Source of the DNA: Clostridia bacterium
GTDB lineage: Bacteria > Bacillota > Clostridia > Oscillospirales > Butyricicoccaceae
Assembly: GCA_021205365.1 (NCBI GenBank)
Contig: JAJPXP010000049.1
Coordinates: 11,495-75,494, forward strand
Direction of reading: 5' to 3'
Length of the DNA stretch: 64,000 bases
The notes under the pieces were generated by a model. The model was not told where the DNA came from and did not search any database. It worked only from the letters and a program-made list of their open reading frames with translations. Shown piece after piece: positions 8,067-18,390 of this stretch (position 1 is the first letter of the stretch; the number at the start of each line of letters is the position of its first letter). Made by a program: the position numbers and the translations under genes.

Positions 8067-9011
8067 TTATTTTGTAACGGTAACGTGCGGGTACGCAAAT
8101 TCAATGCCTTCAGCGTCAAACCGGTTTTTCACTGAGCGGTTGAGCGCAAATTTCAATGCCGAAGCGCTTGCCTGGTCTTCTGCCCATAACCATGCACGGA
8201 TGACAACCGCAGAATCTGCAAGTTCGACCACTTCAACCTTCACTTCCGGCTCTTTTGCGACGTTTTCCGGCGTGCGGACATCCACATGCAGCGGCTGCTT
8301 CATCACCTCATCGCGCAGGATCTCAATCGCCTTTTCCATGTCACTTTCATATGTAATGCCCACGTTAAAAAATTCACAGATCCGTTTATCCCCGTAGTTC
8401 GCATTTTCCAAAACACCCCCGTTTATGGTGCCATTGGGAATGATGATGCGCTTATTTTCCGGGGTCCGGATGACAGTGTGCCGCAAGGTGATCTCTTCAA
8501 TGGTGCCGGTTACATCCGTATACCGCACAAAGTCACCGATGACAAACGGCTTGAAAAATAAAATCATCACGCCGCCAGCCACATTGCCCAACGTATCCTG
8601 TGCTGCAAAGCCGACAATCACTGCAACAATGCCACCGGATGCCAATACCGCGGTCAGGGAATCCGATGCTCCCGGGATACTAGAAACAATAACAACGCCA
8701 CCGATAAAATAGATCCCCGTCAGCACAACATACCGTATAAAGGAAATCAGGGTCACACTGGTATTCCCTACCGCTGACATGGTATCAATTGTATGCCGGA
8801 ACGCCTTATTGACAAGCTTAACCGCTATCAGTACAACAACAATGGCAATGATGATGAATACAAGCCGTCCAAACCAGGTTGGAAGATGAAAAAAGCTGGT
8901 GACTGTCTGCACACTCTCAATGGCAGAATTTGTCGCATCATTGGTGACCTCCACCGCATCATCTGTCGTCATAATGCCGGAGCCTTCCAACTTGAATGCC
9001 CGTAAGAGCAT
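8067..9011 (-). CDS. Small-conductance mechanosensitive channel (MscS family)
   Basis: Three TM helices, then the MscS beta-domain signature GNVAGGVMILFFKPFVIGDFVRY..GTIEEITLRHTVIRTPENKRIIIPNG. Confidence 0.85.
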   Translation of the reverse strand: MLLRAFKLEGSGIMTTDDAVEVTNDATNSAIESVQTVTSFFHLPTWFGRLVFIIIAIVVVLIAVKLVNKAFRHTIDTMSAVGNTSVTLISFIRYVVLTGIYFIGGVVIVSSIPGASDSLTAVLASGGIVAVIVGFAAQDTLGNVAGGVMILFFKPFVIGDFVRYTDVTGTIEEITLRHTVIRTPENKRIIIPNGTINGGVLENANYGDKRICEFFNVGITYESDMEKAIEILRDEVMKQPLHVDVRTPENVAKEPEVKVEVVELADSAVVIRAWLWAEDQASASALKFALNRSVKNRFDAEGIEFAYPHVTVTK

Positions 9012-9080
9012 GAAAATAACACTCCCTTTCTACATACAAAATATTCCCAGCTGCGCCGAATATACCGCTTTGCAGCTAGG

Positions 9081-9118
9081 AAAAAGCACGCTGTAAGCAT
9101 CTAACCCCACAGCGTGCC
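9081..9118 (-). terminator. Intrinsic terminator after proS
   Basis: Minus strand reads GCACGCTGT-loop-ACAGCGTGC followed by TTTTT. Confidence 0.7.
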
Positions 9119-9136
9119 CTAAAATCGGTTTTAAAA

Positions 9137-10852
9137 TTATCTGAACTCAGCCAGCATGTCCTGAACCAGCTTCTCCACAAAGGCAGCTGCTTCTGCCGGT
9201 ACAACATCCTCACGCATGGACTTATCGCGCTTGGATACCTCAACGGCACCACGCTTGACTGTCTTCGGGCTGACGATAACGCGAACCGGTACACCCAGCA
9301 GGTCAGCATCCGAGAACATATTGCCTGCGCTTACCTTGCGGTCATCATAGATTACCTCGACGCCTGCATCCTGCAGCTGCTTGTACAGCATATCAGCAGT
9401 CTCACGAACCTGCGGATCGGTTGCCTTGATCGCACAGATGTGTACCTGCCACGGAGCAATGGACATCGGCCAGACTGGGCCGTAATCGTCATGCTTCACC
9501 TCACACACAGAAGCGCACAGACGTCCAACACCAATGCCATAGCAGCCCATAATCGGATAATGCGGCTTGCCGTCCTGACCAATATAGGTCATTTCCATGG
9601 ACTTGGTATACTTGGTTCCTAACTGGAAGATATTACCTACCTCAATGCCGCGGCTGACACGGATATGCGGCTTGCCGCAAACCGGACAGATCGCACCCTC
9701 ATAGGTCTTTGCAAAATCAGCAACCCTGGCATCCGGGGTATCACGCTTGACATTATAGCCAGTGTAATGATAATTTTCTTCATTTGCGCCGCAGACAGAG
9801 CTGGTCAATGCAGCCAGAGACTGGTCAATGACATATTCTACCCCTTCCGGCAGGCCAACCGGGCCGATAAATCCGGCAACAATACCGCTTTCCAGTGTGA
9901 TTTCAGCCGGATGGATTTCCTCGCCGAGGAAATTGCGCAGCTTGGTTTCATTGACTTCCAGATCACCACGGATAAAGGCCACTACGTATTCATCCGTCAT
10001 GTTCTTCTGGTAAACAACTGCCTTACAGGAGGCATTTGCCGGAGCGTTCAGGTATTCGCACACTGCTTCAATCGTCTTCGTTTCCGGCGTATATACCTTT
10101 TCCAGCGGAGCTTCTGCGGTTTCCGGGGCTTCCACGATGCAGTCAGCTGCTTCCATGTTGGAGCGGTAGCCGCAGTCACACAGAACGATGGTATCCTCGC
10201 CGCAGTCCGTCAGCAGCATAAATTCATGCGATACACTGCCGCCCATCATGCCGGAGTCCGACTTGACGGCTACAACCTCCGGGATGCCTGCACGGCGGTA
10301 AATGTTTTCATATGCCTGATAGCACTCTTCATAGTATGCTTCCAAATCCTCCTGTGAGGTATGGAAGGAATAGGCATCCTTCATGGTAAATTCACGCACA
10401 CGAATCAGGCCGCCGCGGGCACGCGGTTCGTCACGGAACTTGGTCTGAATCTGGTAAATCATGAACGGATACTGGGAATAGGACTGTGCGGTGCCGCGGG
10501 CCAGATGAACAGCTGCTTCCTCATGGGTCATACCCAGAACAACCGGCTGGCCGCTTCTGTCCTTAAAACGAGCCATTTCACTGCCGATGGATTCATAACG
10601 GCCGGACTCCTGCCACAGGGATGCCGGCATAACAACCGGGAACATGACTTCCTGTCCATCAATCTTGTCCATTTCCTCACGGATAATATTTTCAATTTTC
10701 TTCATGATGCGCTTTGCCGGCATGTACAGAGAATAAATGCCCGTGGTCAGCTGCTTCATATAGCCGCCACGCACCATGAGCTTATGGCTGTCAAGCTGGC
10801 AATCCGCCGGAGTTTCCTTAAAGCGGGCGCCGAGCATACTGCTCATTTTCAT
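9137..10852 (-). CDS. proS: Proline--tRNA ligase
   Basis: 571 aa, bacterial-type ProRS with class II motifs, an inserted editing domain and a C-terminal anticodon-binding domain (VPVRVIVSPKTVKRGAVEV). Confidence 0.9.
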   Translation of the reverse strand: MKMSSMLGARFKETPADCQLDSHKLMVRGGYMKQLTTGIYSLYMPAKRIMKKIENIIREEMDKIDGQEVMFPVVMPASLWQESGRYESIGSEMARFKDRSGQPVVLGMTHEEAAVHLARGTAQSYSQYPFMIYQIQTKFRDEPRARGGLIRVREFTMKDAYSFHTSQEDLEAYYEECYQAYENIYRRAGIPEVVAVKSDSGMMGGSVSHEFMLLTDCGEDTIVLCDCGYRSNMEAADCIVEAPETAEAPLEKVYTPETKTIEAVCEYLNAPANASCKAVVYQKNMTDEYVVAFIRGDLEVNETKLRNFLGEEIHPAEITLESGIVAGFIGPVGLPEGVEYVIDQSLAALTSSVCGANEENYHYTGYNVKRDTPDARVADFAKTYEGAICPVCGKPHIRVSRGIEVGNIFQLGTKYTKSMEMTYIGQDGKPHYPIMGCYGIGVGRLCASVCEVKHDDYGPVWPMSIAPWQVHICAIKATDPQVRETADMLYKQLQDAGVEVIYDDRKVSAGNMFSDADLLGVPVRVIVSPKTVKRGAVEVSKRDKSMREDVVPAEAAAFVEKLVQDMLAEFR

Positions 10853-10943
10853 CGTGTTTCATTTCCTTTCGGCATGCACCTTTTCCTCCGATGCATCATA
10901 CGCTGGGAACAGAATATGCTTCCCGATTCAGGAGGTGCAGGTC

Positions 10944-11249
10944 ATGCAATCTGTATTTTATGTCCGTCCCGCCCAGCGGGAACAGGTAGAAACCACTGTC
11001 ACACTGCATGCGGCAGACCGTCCGGTACTGCTGGGCACCATTGTCGGTGATGACGGCAAACCGCTGGCAGATGCCCTTGCGGTGCTGTATGCCTCCGGCG
11101 GTGCGCAGCCGGATACCGTTGCCGGTGTGACGTTTTCCGATACGCTGGGACGGTTCGTCTTCGGGCCATTGGAGCCGGGCGTGCTGTATCAGGTCAGCAT
11201 CCACGCCGATACCATGCTGCGCCGGACCCTCGAACAGCCAGAAGAATAA
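10944..11249 (+). CDS. Hypothetical 101-aa protein with a carboxypeptidase-regulatory-like (prealbumin-fold) pattern
   Basis: GGAGGTG lies 6 nt upstream of ATG 10944. Pattern GTIVGDDGKPLADALAV..GRFVFGPLEPGVLYQVS. Its stop codon abuts the thrS stop. Confidence 0.5.
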   Translation: MQSVFYVRPAQREQVETTVTLHAADRPVLLGTIVGDDGKPLADALAVLYASGGAQPDTVAGVTFSDTLGRFVFGPLEPGVLYQVSIHADTMLRRTLEQPEE

Positions 11250-13196
11250 TTACTTTTTCGCCTTAGTCTCTACAACCTCGGTCAGCAGTGCTTCAAAGTC
11301 CGCATAGGACATTGCCCCCAGATCACCCTCTGCACGATGGCGCGGGGATACTGTGTTGTTTTCGAGATCCTTGTCGCCTACAATCAGCAGGTACGGAACA
11401 CGCTCATTGCGGCCCTCACGGATCTTATAACCGAGCTTCTCGGAGCGATGGTCCACTTCCACGCGGAAGCCCTTTGCGGTCAGCTTTGCTGCAATGTCAT
11501 CTGCATAGTCAGCAGCACGGTCTGTAACCGGCAGAACACGTACCTGCTCTGGCGCCATCCAGGTCGGCAGGGAGCCTGCATACTTCTCGATCAGGTATGC
11601 CAGTGTACGTTCGTAGCAGCCCAGAGAAGTTCTGTGGATGATATACGGCAGAGCCTTCTGGCCGTTTTCATCAATATAATACATGCCAAACTTCTCTGCC
11701 AGCAGCATATCTACCTGCAGGGTAACGATGGTATCTTCCTTGCCGTGTACATTTTTATACTGAATATCCAGCTTCGGGCCATAGAAAGCGGCTTCATCCA
11801 CGCCCACTTCATAATCAATGCCCAGATGATCCAGGATTTTACCCATAACAGCCTGTGCTTCTTCCCACTGCTCTGCGGTACCCTCATACTTGTTTTTCGG
11901 GTTCGCCGGGTCCCACTGGGAGAAACGGAAGGTGCAGTCTTCCCACATGCCTACCGTATCCAGGCAATACTTTGCCAGTTCAAAGCAGTCACGGAATTCC
12001 TTCTCCAGCTGGTCCGGGCGCAGTACCAGATGTCCTTCGGAAATGGTAAACTGGCGGACACGGATCAGTCCGTGCATTTCGCCGGAGTCCTCCTTGCGGA
12101 ACAGCGTAGAGGTTTCACCCAGACGCATCGGCAGGTCGCGGTAAGAACGCTGGCGGTTCAGGAATACCTGGTACTGGAACGGGCAGGTCATCGGACGCAG
12201 TGCAAAGCAGTCCTCTTCCTCATTGTGCGGATCACCGATGATAAACATGCCATCTAAATAATGATCCCAGTGGCCGGAAATGCGGTACAGATCACGCTTT
12301 GCAACCAGCGGGGTCTTGGTCAGCAGATAGCCGCGCTTCTGCTCCTCATCTTCAATCCAGCGCTGCAGCAGCTGGATTACACGTGCACCCTTCGGCAGCA
12401 GGATCGGCAGACCCTGTCCCACGGTATCCACTGTCGTAAAGTATTCCAGCTCACGTCCGATTTTATTGTGGTCACGCTTCTTTGCTTCCTCGACAGCAGC
12501 CAGATATTCATCCAGCATGGACTTTTTCGGAAATGCGGTGCCATAAATGCGCTGCAGCATTTTGTTGTGCTCATCGCCGCGCCAGTAAGCACCCGTGCAG
12601 GAAGTCAGCTTGAATGCCTTTACCTTGGAGGTATCGGTGCAGTGCGGACCTGCACACAGGTCGGTAAAGTCACCCTGATGGTACAGTGTAATCAGCGCAT
12701 CTTCCGGCAGGTCTTCGATCAGCTCAACCTTATAGGTTTCGCCCTTTTCACGGAACATAGCGAGTGCATCCTCGCGCGCAACCTCTTCACGGATCATCGG
12801 GATGCCCTGTTTTACAATCTTCTTCATCTCGGCTTCGATCTTTTCCAGATCCTCCGGTGTGAAGTTGTGCTCAGAATCAATATCATAATAGAAGCCGTTG
12901 TCAATTGCCGGGCCGATTGCCAGCTTGACATCCGGATACAGATGCTTCACAGCCTGTGCCAGTACATGGGAAGCAGTATGGCGCAGCGTCCATTTTCCCA
13001 TCTTATCATCAAAGGTGAGAATGCTCAGTGCGCAGTCCTCGGTCAGCGGGGTTTTCAGGTCAACGGTTTCACCGTTTACCTCTGCTGCCAGTGCAGCACG
13101 TGCCAGGCCGCCGGAAATCTGCTTGGCTACATCCAGACAGGAAGAACCTTCTTCCGTCTGCAGGACAGTGCCATCCTTGAGGGTAATGTTGATCAT
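11250..13196 (-). CDS. thrS: Threonine--tRNA ligase
   Basis: TGS-domain start MINITLKDGTVLQ, editing domain, class II core and anticodon domain. ATG 13196 is preceded by AAGGAAAGGAAAG. Confidence 0.92.
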   Translation of the reverse strand: MINITLKDGTVLQTEEGSSCLDVAKQISGGLARAALAAEVNGETVDLKTPLTEDCALSILTFDDKMGKWTLRHTASHVLAQAVKHLYPDVKLAIGPAIDNGFYYDIDSEHNFTPEDLEKIEAEMKKIVKQGIPMIREEVAREDALAMFREKGETYKVELIEDLPEDALITLYHQGDFTDLCAGPHCTDTSKVKAFKLTSCTGAYWRGDEHNKMLQRIYGTAFPKKSMLDEYLAAVEEAKKRDHNKIGRELEYFTTVDTVGQGLPILLPKGARVIQLLQRWIEDEEQKRGYLLTKTPLVAKRDLYRISGHWDHYLDGMFIIGDPHNEEEDCFALRPMTCPFQYQVFLNRQRSYRDLPMRLGETSTLFRKEDSGEMHGLIRVRQFTISEGHLVLRPDQLEKEFRDCFELAKYCLDTVGMWEDCTFRFSQWDPANPKNKYEGTAEQWEEAQAVMGKILDHLGIDYEVGVDEAAFYGPKLDIQYKNVHGKEDTIVTLQVDMLLAEKFGMYYIDENGQKALPYIIHRTSLGCYERTLAYLIEKYAGSLPTWMAPEQVRVLPVTDRAADYADDIAAKLTAKGFRVEVDHRSEKLGYKIREGRNERVPYLLIVGDKDLENNTVSPRHRAEGDLGAMSYADFEALLTEVVETKAKK

Positions 13197-13223
13197 AACA
13201 ATACTTTCCTTTCCTTGGGGCAA

Positions 13224-13502
13224 GAAAAAACTCCCGCCCCCAAAATATTGTCAGGGGTGAGAGCTAACGGTTCCCACGGTTCCACCCTGCTTGCATATCT
13301 GAACAAAACAGAATATGCCGCTCGGTTATCCAAATAACGCGGATAAGACGCTGCAGGATACTTTTTCATATTCCCCTGCAGAGCTCCGGGACCGGTGCAC
13401 AAAGCCGCATATGCCACGGATGCTCTCAGCTATTGCATCCGTTCTCTGCAGGCATATCTTTTGCAGTCTGTGCGTTCCCTTCAACGCCGTTTCGTATAAT
13501 TG
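13224..13502 (-). promoter_or_regulatory. T-box leader (threonine) with terminator/antiterminator
   Basis: Minus strand carries the stem I motif AGCTGAGAG, a candidate specifier ACC in GTGCACCGGTC, and the T-box sequence CAGGGTGGAACCGTGGGAACCG. A terminator follows: CCCCTGACAATATTTTGGGGGCGGGAGTTTTTT. Confidence 0.8.
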
Positions 13503-13508
13503 TAATTT

Positions 13509-13537
13509 ATTTTACATCTCCTGCATTTTATTGTCAA
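13509..13537 (-). promoter_or_regulatory. Sigma-A type promoter of the thrS leader
   Basis: TTGACA, 17-nt spacer, TAAAAT on the minus strand. Confidence 0.6.
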
Positions 13538-13594
13538 CCGACAGTTTGAACAAAAGCAGGTATATTTATCCTCTTTCGTTCCCCATAATTCATA

Positions 13595-15808
13595 TTACGC
13601 CCCGGAAAGCATGGTTTCACTTTCGGAGACAAGCAGGACAATTTTGTCTTTTTCCGCCTGGATTTCCACCTGCTGTCCCGCCTTTCCGGACAACAGCAGC
13701 CCTGCAAGCGGATCTGTGACCTTTCTTGCCACTTCATCCCGGACGGCACGCGCACCACGGTTGGCGTCTACAATCCCCAGCAGCTTTTCCACCCTTTCAT
13801 CCCAGGTCAGCCGGGTTCCTCTCGCCAGACATCTGTTTGCCAGCTGGGCCAGCTCCTGTGCTGCAATCGCGGCACAGTCTTTGGCTGTCAGAGCAGAAAA
13901 TACAATAATATCATCCAGACGGGCTGCCAGCTCCGGCTGCAGGACCCTTCTCGCTTCTTCCTCTGCATGGGTCTGCGCCGGGTTTTCCTGTGAAGAAAAG
14001 CCAACTCTCCGTCCCTGCCGTCCGCTGCCCAGATTTGAGGTCAGCACAACAACCGCGTGCCGGAAATCAGCGCTCCTTCCTTCAGAATCTGTCAGCCTGC
14101 CGTCTTCGAGAAGGCGCAAAAGCATACGCAAAACATCCGGATGGGCCTTCTCCACCTCATCAAACAAGACCAGGGAACGCGGCCTTCTGCGGATTTTTTC
14201 CGTCAGCTGTCCGCCGTCACCATAGCCTTTATAGCCGGGAGGTGCGCCAATCAGCCGGGAGACATCCTGCGGCTGCTGATATTCGGAAAGATCGATGCGA
14301 ATCAGCCCGTCTTTGCCAAACAACGCCTGCGCCAGCGCAGTACAAATCGATGTTTTGCCAACACCGGTAGAGCCTGTCAGCAGCAAAGCTGCCACCGGGC
14401 GGGCTTCATCCCGCAAGCCGGCTCCGCCTCTGCGAACAGCACGGCAAATAGCCCTGACGGCAACTTCCTGCCCGATGATCGTCCTGCAAAGCTCTTTTTC
14501 CAGCTGCAGCAGCTTGTGTGCCGCATCACCCTTTGCTGCTGCGGAAAATCCGCCGAAACGCTGCGCAATCCGTGCAACCTCCCGTTCCGTGATATCCGTG
14601 CCGCCTTCCAGATGCACCGCAGCACACGTTTCATCCAGCAAATCAATCGCCTTATCCGGCAAATGCCGTTCCGGGCTGATACGCACAGAAATCTCCACTG
14701 CTGCGTGTAGTGCATCCGCATGGATGTGTACGCTGTGATGCTGTTCATACCGCGGCGCAATCCCCTTCAGGATTTCCTCTGCGCCTGCTTCATCCGGTTC
14801 TGATACATCAATACGCTGGAAACGCCGCTCCAGAGCGGCATCCTTTTCAATGGTTTTATGATATTCTGCTGTTGTTGTTGTACCGATTAACCGGATTTCT
14901 CCGCGTGCTAGCGCTGGTTTCAACAGATTGGATGCATCAATCGCGCCCTCCGCAGAGCCTGCACCCACCAGTGTGTGTACCTCATCAATAAAGGCAATGA
15001 TGTTCTTCGAAGCGCTTAGCTCCCGCACGATGTTTTTCAGCCGTTCCTCAAATTCACCGCGGTATTTGGTGCCGGAAATCAGGCTTGCCATATCCAGTGA
15101 AACCAGTCTCGCACCCTGCAGCTCTTCCGGTACTGCGCCGCTTGCTATCGCCAGCGCAAGCGCTTCTGCCACAGAGGTTTTACCGACGCCCGGATCACCC
15201 AGCAGCACCGGATTATTCTTTGTCCTGCGCTGCAAAATGGTCATCAGCCGGAACAATTCGTCCTCACGTCCGATGACGGGGTCCAGCTTGCCGCTCCGCG
15301 CCATCTCTGTCAGATCAGTGGCATACCGGTCCAGTGTAGAGGTGGACGCCATGCGTGCCATGGCACGCCAGCCGGCAGGTTCCTGCGCTACAGAAATCCC
15401 GGTCTGCCGTTCCAGAGCCGGGATATCCGCCTTCATTTTTTCCATGACACGTCGTGCGGTACACTTGCGGCAGCTCACCAGCGCACACAAAAGATGCCCT
15501 TCTCCAGCTGCCCCATTCCCGGCGGCGCCCGCCGCCTGCCGCAAAACCATCTGCAAATTTCTGCTGAGATGCTCCGGTTTATGCCGTGGAAAGCTTCTCC
15601 CTGTTATTTTTGCTGTATAATATAATCCGCGCCAGCTGCTGACACCGGCCTGTGTCAGTATTTTGCCCGCAGTAGAGTTCCGCTTTGCCGCGAGTCCCAG
15701 CAGCAGATGCTCTGTTCCCACGGTATCCTTCCCCAGCAGTCCCGCACGGCGTGCAGACACCTCCAGTACGCGCTTTGCATTCCGGTCAAATGGTTCCTGA
15801 AATTCCAT
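13595..15808 (-). CDS. Clp/Hsp100 AAA+ ATPase with two nucleotide-binding domains (ClpC-like)
   Basis: N-terminal Clp-R repeats (GTEHLLLGLA). Walker A motifs GDPGVGKT and GSTGVGKT, Walker B motifs IAFIDEVH and LVLFDEVEKA. 737 aa. Confidence 0.85.
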   Translation of the reverse strand: MEFQEPFDRNAKRVLEVSARRAGLLGKDTVGTEHLLLGLAAKRNSTAGKILTQAGVSSWRGLYYTAKITGRSFPRHKPEHLSRNLQMVLRQAAGAAGNGAAGEGHLLCALVSCRKCTARRVMEKMKADIPALERQTGISVAQEPAGWRAMARMASTSTLDRYATDLTEMARSGKLDPVIGREDELFRLMTILQRRTKNNPVLLGDPGVGKTSVAEALALAIASGAVPEELQGARLVSLDMASLISGTKYRGEFEERLKNIVRELSASKNIIAFIDEVHTLVGAGSAEGAIDASNLLKPALARGEIRLIGTTTTAEYHKTIEKDAALERRFQRIDVSEPDEAGAEEILKGIAPRYEQHHSVHIHADALHAAVEISVRISPERHLPDKAIDLLDETCAAVHLEGGTDITEREVARIAQRFGGFSAAAKGDAAHKLLQLEKELCRTIIGQEVAVRAICRAVRRGGAGLRDEARPVAALLLTGSTGVGKTSICTALAQALFGKDGLIRIDLSEYQQPQDVSRLIGAPPGYKGYGDGGQLTEKIRRRPRSLVLFDEVEKAHPDVLRMLLRLLEDGRLTDSEGRSADFRHAVVVLTSNLGSGRQGRRVGFSSQENPAQTHAEEEARRVLQPELAARLDDIIVFSALTAKDCAAIAAQELAQLANRCLARGTRLTWDERVEKLLGIVDANRGARAVRDEVARKVTDPLAGLLLSGKAGQQVEIQAEKDKIVLLVSESETMLSGA

Positions 15809-15938
15809 TCCACTCCCTCGCTTTCATTTACTCCTTTCTTCATCTTTACCCAATTCCTTCCTTTTTAGACGTGAATTTCTGATTTCGCTAAGAAAAATTT
15901 ACTTCCTGAAAATGGACACGTTTTTTTCCTTTTTGGAG

Positions 15939-15966
15939 TTGTTTTTTTTCATTATTGTGATATAAT
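15939..15966 (+). promoter_or_regulatory. Putative extended -10 promoter of the ferredoxin gene
   Basis: TTGTTT, 16-nt spacer, TGaTATAAT. Confidence 0.45.
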
Positions 15967-15999
15967 GAGGATGAAATTATTACAGGAGGTGCTACTCTT

Positions 16000-16170
16000 A
16001 TGGCTTATACAATTAGCAGTGCTTGCATCAGCTGCGGTTCCTGCGCTGGTGAATGTCCTATGGGCGCTATTTCTGAGGGTGACGGTCAGTACGTTATTGA
16101 CGCTGGTACCTGCATTGATTGCGGTTCCTGCGCTGGTACTTGCCCGATGGGTGCTATTTCTCAGGAGTAA
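16000..16170 (+). CDS. fdx: Clostridial-type 2x[4Fe-4S] ferredoxin (56 aa)
   Basis: Below the ORF-track size cutoff. Sequence MAYTISSACISCGSCAGECPMGAISEGDGQYVIDAGTCIDCGSCAGTCPMGAISQE has two CxxCxxCxxxCP motifs. SD AGGAGGTG lies 8 nt upstream. Confidence 0.92.
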   Translation: MAYTISSACISCGSCAGECPMGAISEGDGQYVIDAGTCIDCGSCAGTCPMGAISQE

Positions 16171-16198
16171 TCCAACAGAACAAACTACTTATGCAAGG

Positions 16199-16230
16199 AA
16201 GACCCGGTATTGTGCCGGGTCTTTTTCTTT
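16199..16230 (+). terminator. Intrinsic terminator after ferredoxin
   Basis: GACCCGG-tattgtg-CCGGGTC followed by TTTTTCTTT. Confidence 0.8.
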
Positions 16231-16501
16231 CTGCAGGAACACCATATCAAATTTTCTAATATAATGCTTTTGAGTCAGCGAAAAAGTCAAAATTTCACAA
16301 TTTGCATGATTATTTTTTGTCAGATTTTCTCTCATTCATCGGTAAATCCTAGCAAAATCTATGCGTTTTTCACCTTGTTTTAATACAGGAAACAATGTAT
16401 AATACAACCGCAGTGTAGATGAAACGATGCATTGATTTTATAGATTATCACATTGGGTAACCTACTCCGCAAATAAAATTATATGTTAGAAGGTGTTTAA
16501 C

Positions 16502-17683
16502 ATGGAAAATTATACCTTCCTGCTGGTTCTGGCAATTATCCTTCTTTCCACGAAGGTGCTGGGCCTTGCTTCCGGCAAGGTTAATATGCCACAGGTTGTA
16601 GGCGCACTGCTTGCAGGTCTGATTCTTGGACCATCCGTACTGAATCTCGTTACAGAAGACAGTGTTATTACTGTACTTTCTGAAATCGGCGTTATCATGC
16701 TGATGTTCTCCGCTGGTCTGGAAACCGACTTGCAGGAGCTGAAGAAGACCGGTGTTGCGTCCTTTGTTATCGCAATGGCAGGTGTTATCGTTCCTCTGCT
16801 TGGCGGCGCGGCCCTGTACATGGGGTGGTTCAACGGAGAAGGCGACCCACAGCATCTGCTGAAAGCTATCTTCGTCGGCGTTATCCTGACTGCTACCTCC
16901 GTTAGTATCACAGTTGAGACACTGCGTGAGATGGGCAAACTGCAGGGCAAGGTTGGCGTTGCCATCCTCGGTGCAGCTGTTATTGACGATATCCTCGGTA
17001 TCATTGCGCTGACTATCGTATCCAGCTTTACCGATCCGGATGTACAGATCGTCTCTGTTCTAATTAAGATTGTTCTGTTCTTCGTCTTTATTGCTGTTGT
17101 CGGCTTCATTGTTTACAAGTACTTCCAGCACCTGAACAATGCATTCAATGAAAAGATGCATCGCCGTGTTGCAATCTATGGCCTTGCTTTCTGCTTTGTT
17201 CTTGCATACTGCTCTGAGACTTTCTTCGGTGTAGCTGATATCACCGGTGCATATTTCGCAGGCCTGCTGCTCTGCAATCTGCCGAACGTACGCAATTACG
17301 TTAGCAGAAAAGTTGATATCTGCGCATACATGCTGTTTTCCCCGGTATTCTTCGCAAGCGTTGGTCTGAAGACTGACCTGAGCGGCCTGACTGTTAGCCT
17401 GCTGATCTTTGCTCTGCTGCTGCTGATTATCGCGATCCTGTCCAAGATCGTCGGCTGCGCCCTCGGTGCAAAGCTCTTCAAGTTCACCAATCATGAGGCT
17501 CTTTCCGTCGGTATTGGCATGGTATCCCGTGGTGAAGTTGCACTGATTGTTGCCCAGAAGGGTGCTGCATTCGGACTGGTTCCGGATTCCCTGTTTGGTC
17601 CGGTTATCCTCGTTGTTATCGTAACAACGCTGATTACTCCGGTTCTTCTCAAGCTTGTTATGGGCAGCAAGAAAACTGCATAA
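16502..17683 (+). CDS. Cation:proton antiporter (CPA2/Kef-NapA type)
   Basis: About 12 TM segments. N-terminal signature LGLASGKVNMPQVVGALLAGLILGPSVLN. ATG 16502 follows AGAAGGTG; the track's GTG at 16493 lies inside that SD. Confidence 0.8.
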   Translation: MENYTFLLVLAIILLSTKVLGLASGKVNMPQVVGALLAGLILGPSVLNLVTEDSVITVLSEIGVIMLMFSAGLETDLQELKKTGVASFVIAMAGVIVPLLGGAALYMGWFNGEGDPQHLLKAIFVGVILTATSVSITVETLREMGKLQGKVGVAILGAAVIDDILGIIALTIVSSFTDPDVQIVSVLIKIVLFFVFIAVVGFIVYKYFQHLNNAFNEKMHRRVAIYGLAFCFVLAYCSETFFGVADITGAYFAGLLLCNLPNVRNYVSRKVDICAYMLFSPVFFASVGLKTDLSGLTVSLLIFALLLLIIAILSKIVGCALGAKLFKFTNHEALSVGIGMVSRGEVALIVAQKGAAFGLVPDSLFGPVILVVIVTTLITPVLLKLVMGSKKTA

Positions 17684-17702
17684 CATATCGTTTTATATAT
17701 GT

Positions 17703-17742
17703 AAAATCCCGCAGATTAAACTTCTGCGGGATTTTTATTTTT
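17703..17742. terminator. Terminator shared by the antiporter gene and the last phage-like ORF
   Basis: AAAATCCCGCAG-loop-CTGCGGGATTTT with T-runs. Confidence 0.75.
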
Positions 17743-17744
17743 GC

Positions 17745-18377
17745 CTATAATGTTGCTTTCCAACGTTCCAGTGCAAGCTTCGCATTGTTGTAGGTACTGC
17801 TGGCAGTCCGTGTACCTGCCTTTACACCTAAAATTGCCGCATCTGCCGGAAGCACAACGCCATAGGTTTCCCAGCGTGCCATCGCCTGCTCATATGCTGT
17901 TTTCTGGACAGTATACGTGTACTGCCTGTCTGCATTGTACTGGTCAATCTTGGACTGCGCCTGCTGCAGCTTGATCTCCGCCATCCCATTGTTGTAGGTC
18001 TGTGTTGCCTGCGCCATCTCCGAAGCACTGTTGTTCCGTGCCTCCTGTTCTGCTTTCAGCTTCTGTACCGAAAGGTTGTTTAGATTGGAACGAAGCGCAT
18101 TATCCGCTGCAACGCGTGAGGTTTCTGTATAACCTGTGGTGGGCGAGGTATATATGCTGCCCCCGCTTAGTCCCGCAGCAGCCAGCTTTTCCTCCTGTCC
18201 CAGCGCAGAAATCCGTGCCGCATTCTGAGCCTGTGTCACGCTGGTACGGTAGGATGCCGCTATGTCCTTCAAATTCCACTGCATCCGGTTCAGACTTTCC
18301 TGTTGTGCTGTCTGCAAAGCATTGAGCCTGCTATTCTCGGCAGCACGATATAATTCATCAATATTGAATGTTGCCAA
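17745..18377 (-). CDS. Phage-like structural protein, Q/N/A-rich predicted coiled coil (210 aa); needle/plug-like by size and position
   Basis: TTG start 8 nt after GAGGAGG. Low-complexity helical sequence (QAQNAARISALGQEEKLAAAG..KLKAEQEARNN..IKLQQAQSKIDQYN). Last gene of the module. Confidence 0.45.
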   Translation of the reverse strand: MATFNIDELYRAAENSRLNALQTAQQESLNRMQWNLKDIAASYRTSVTQAQNAARISALGQEEKLAAAGLSGGSIYTSPTTGYTETSRVAADNALRSNLNNLSVQKLKAEQEARNNSASEMAQATQTYNNGMAEIKLQQAQSKIDQYNADRQYTYTVQKTAYEQAMARWETYGVVLPADAAILGVKAGTRTASSTYNNAKLALERWKATL

Positions 18378-18390
18378 CTGTCAAACCTCC

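Noticed and set aside
10853-10943. Expected T-box leader upstream of proS.
   Set aside because: Only about 90 bp separates proS from a divergent gene. That is too short for a T-box, and no GGGTGGTACCG-like sequence is present.
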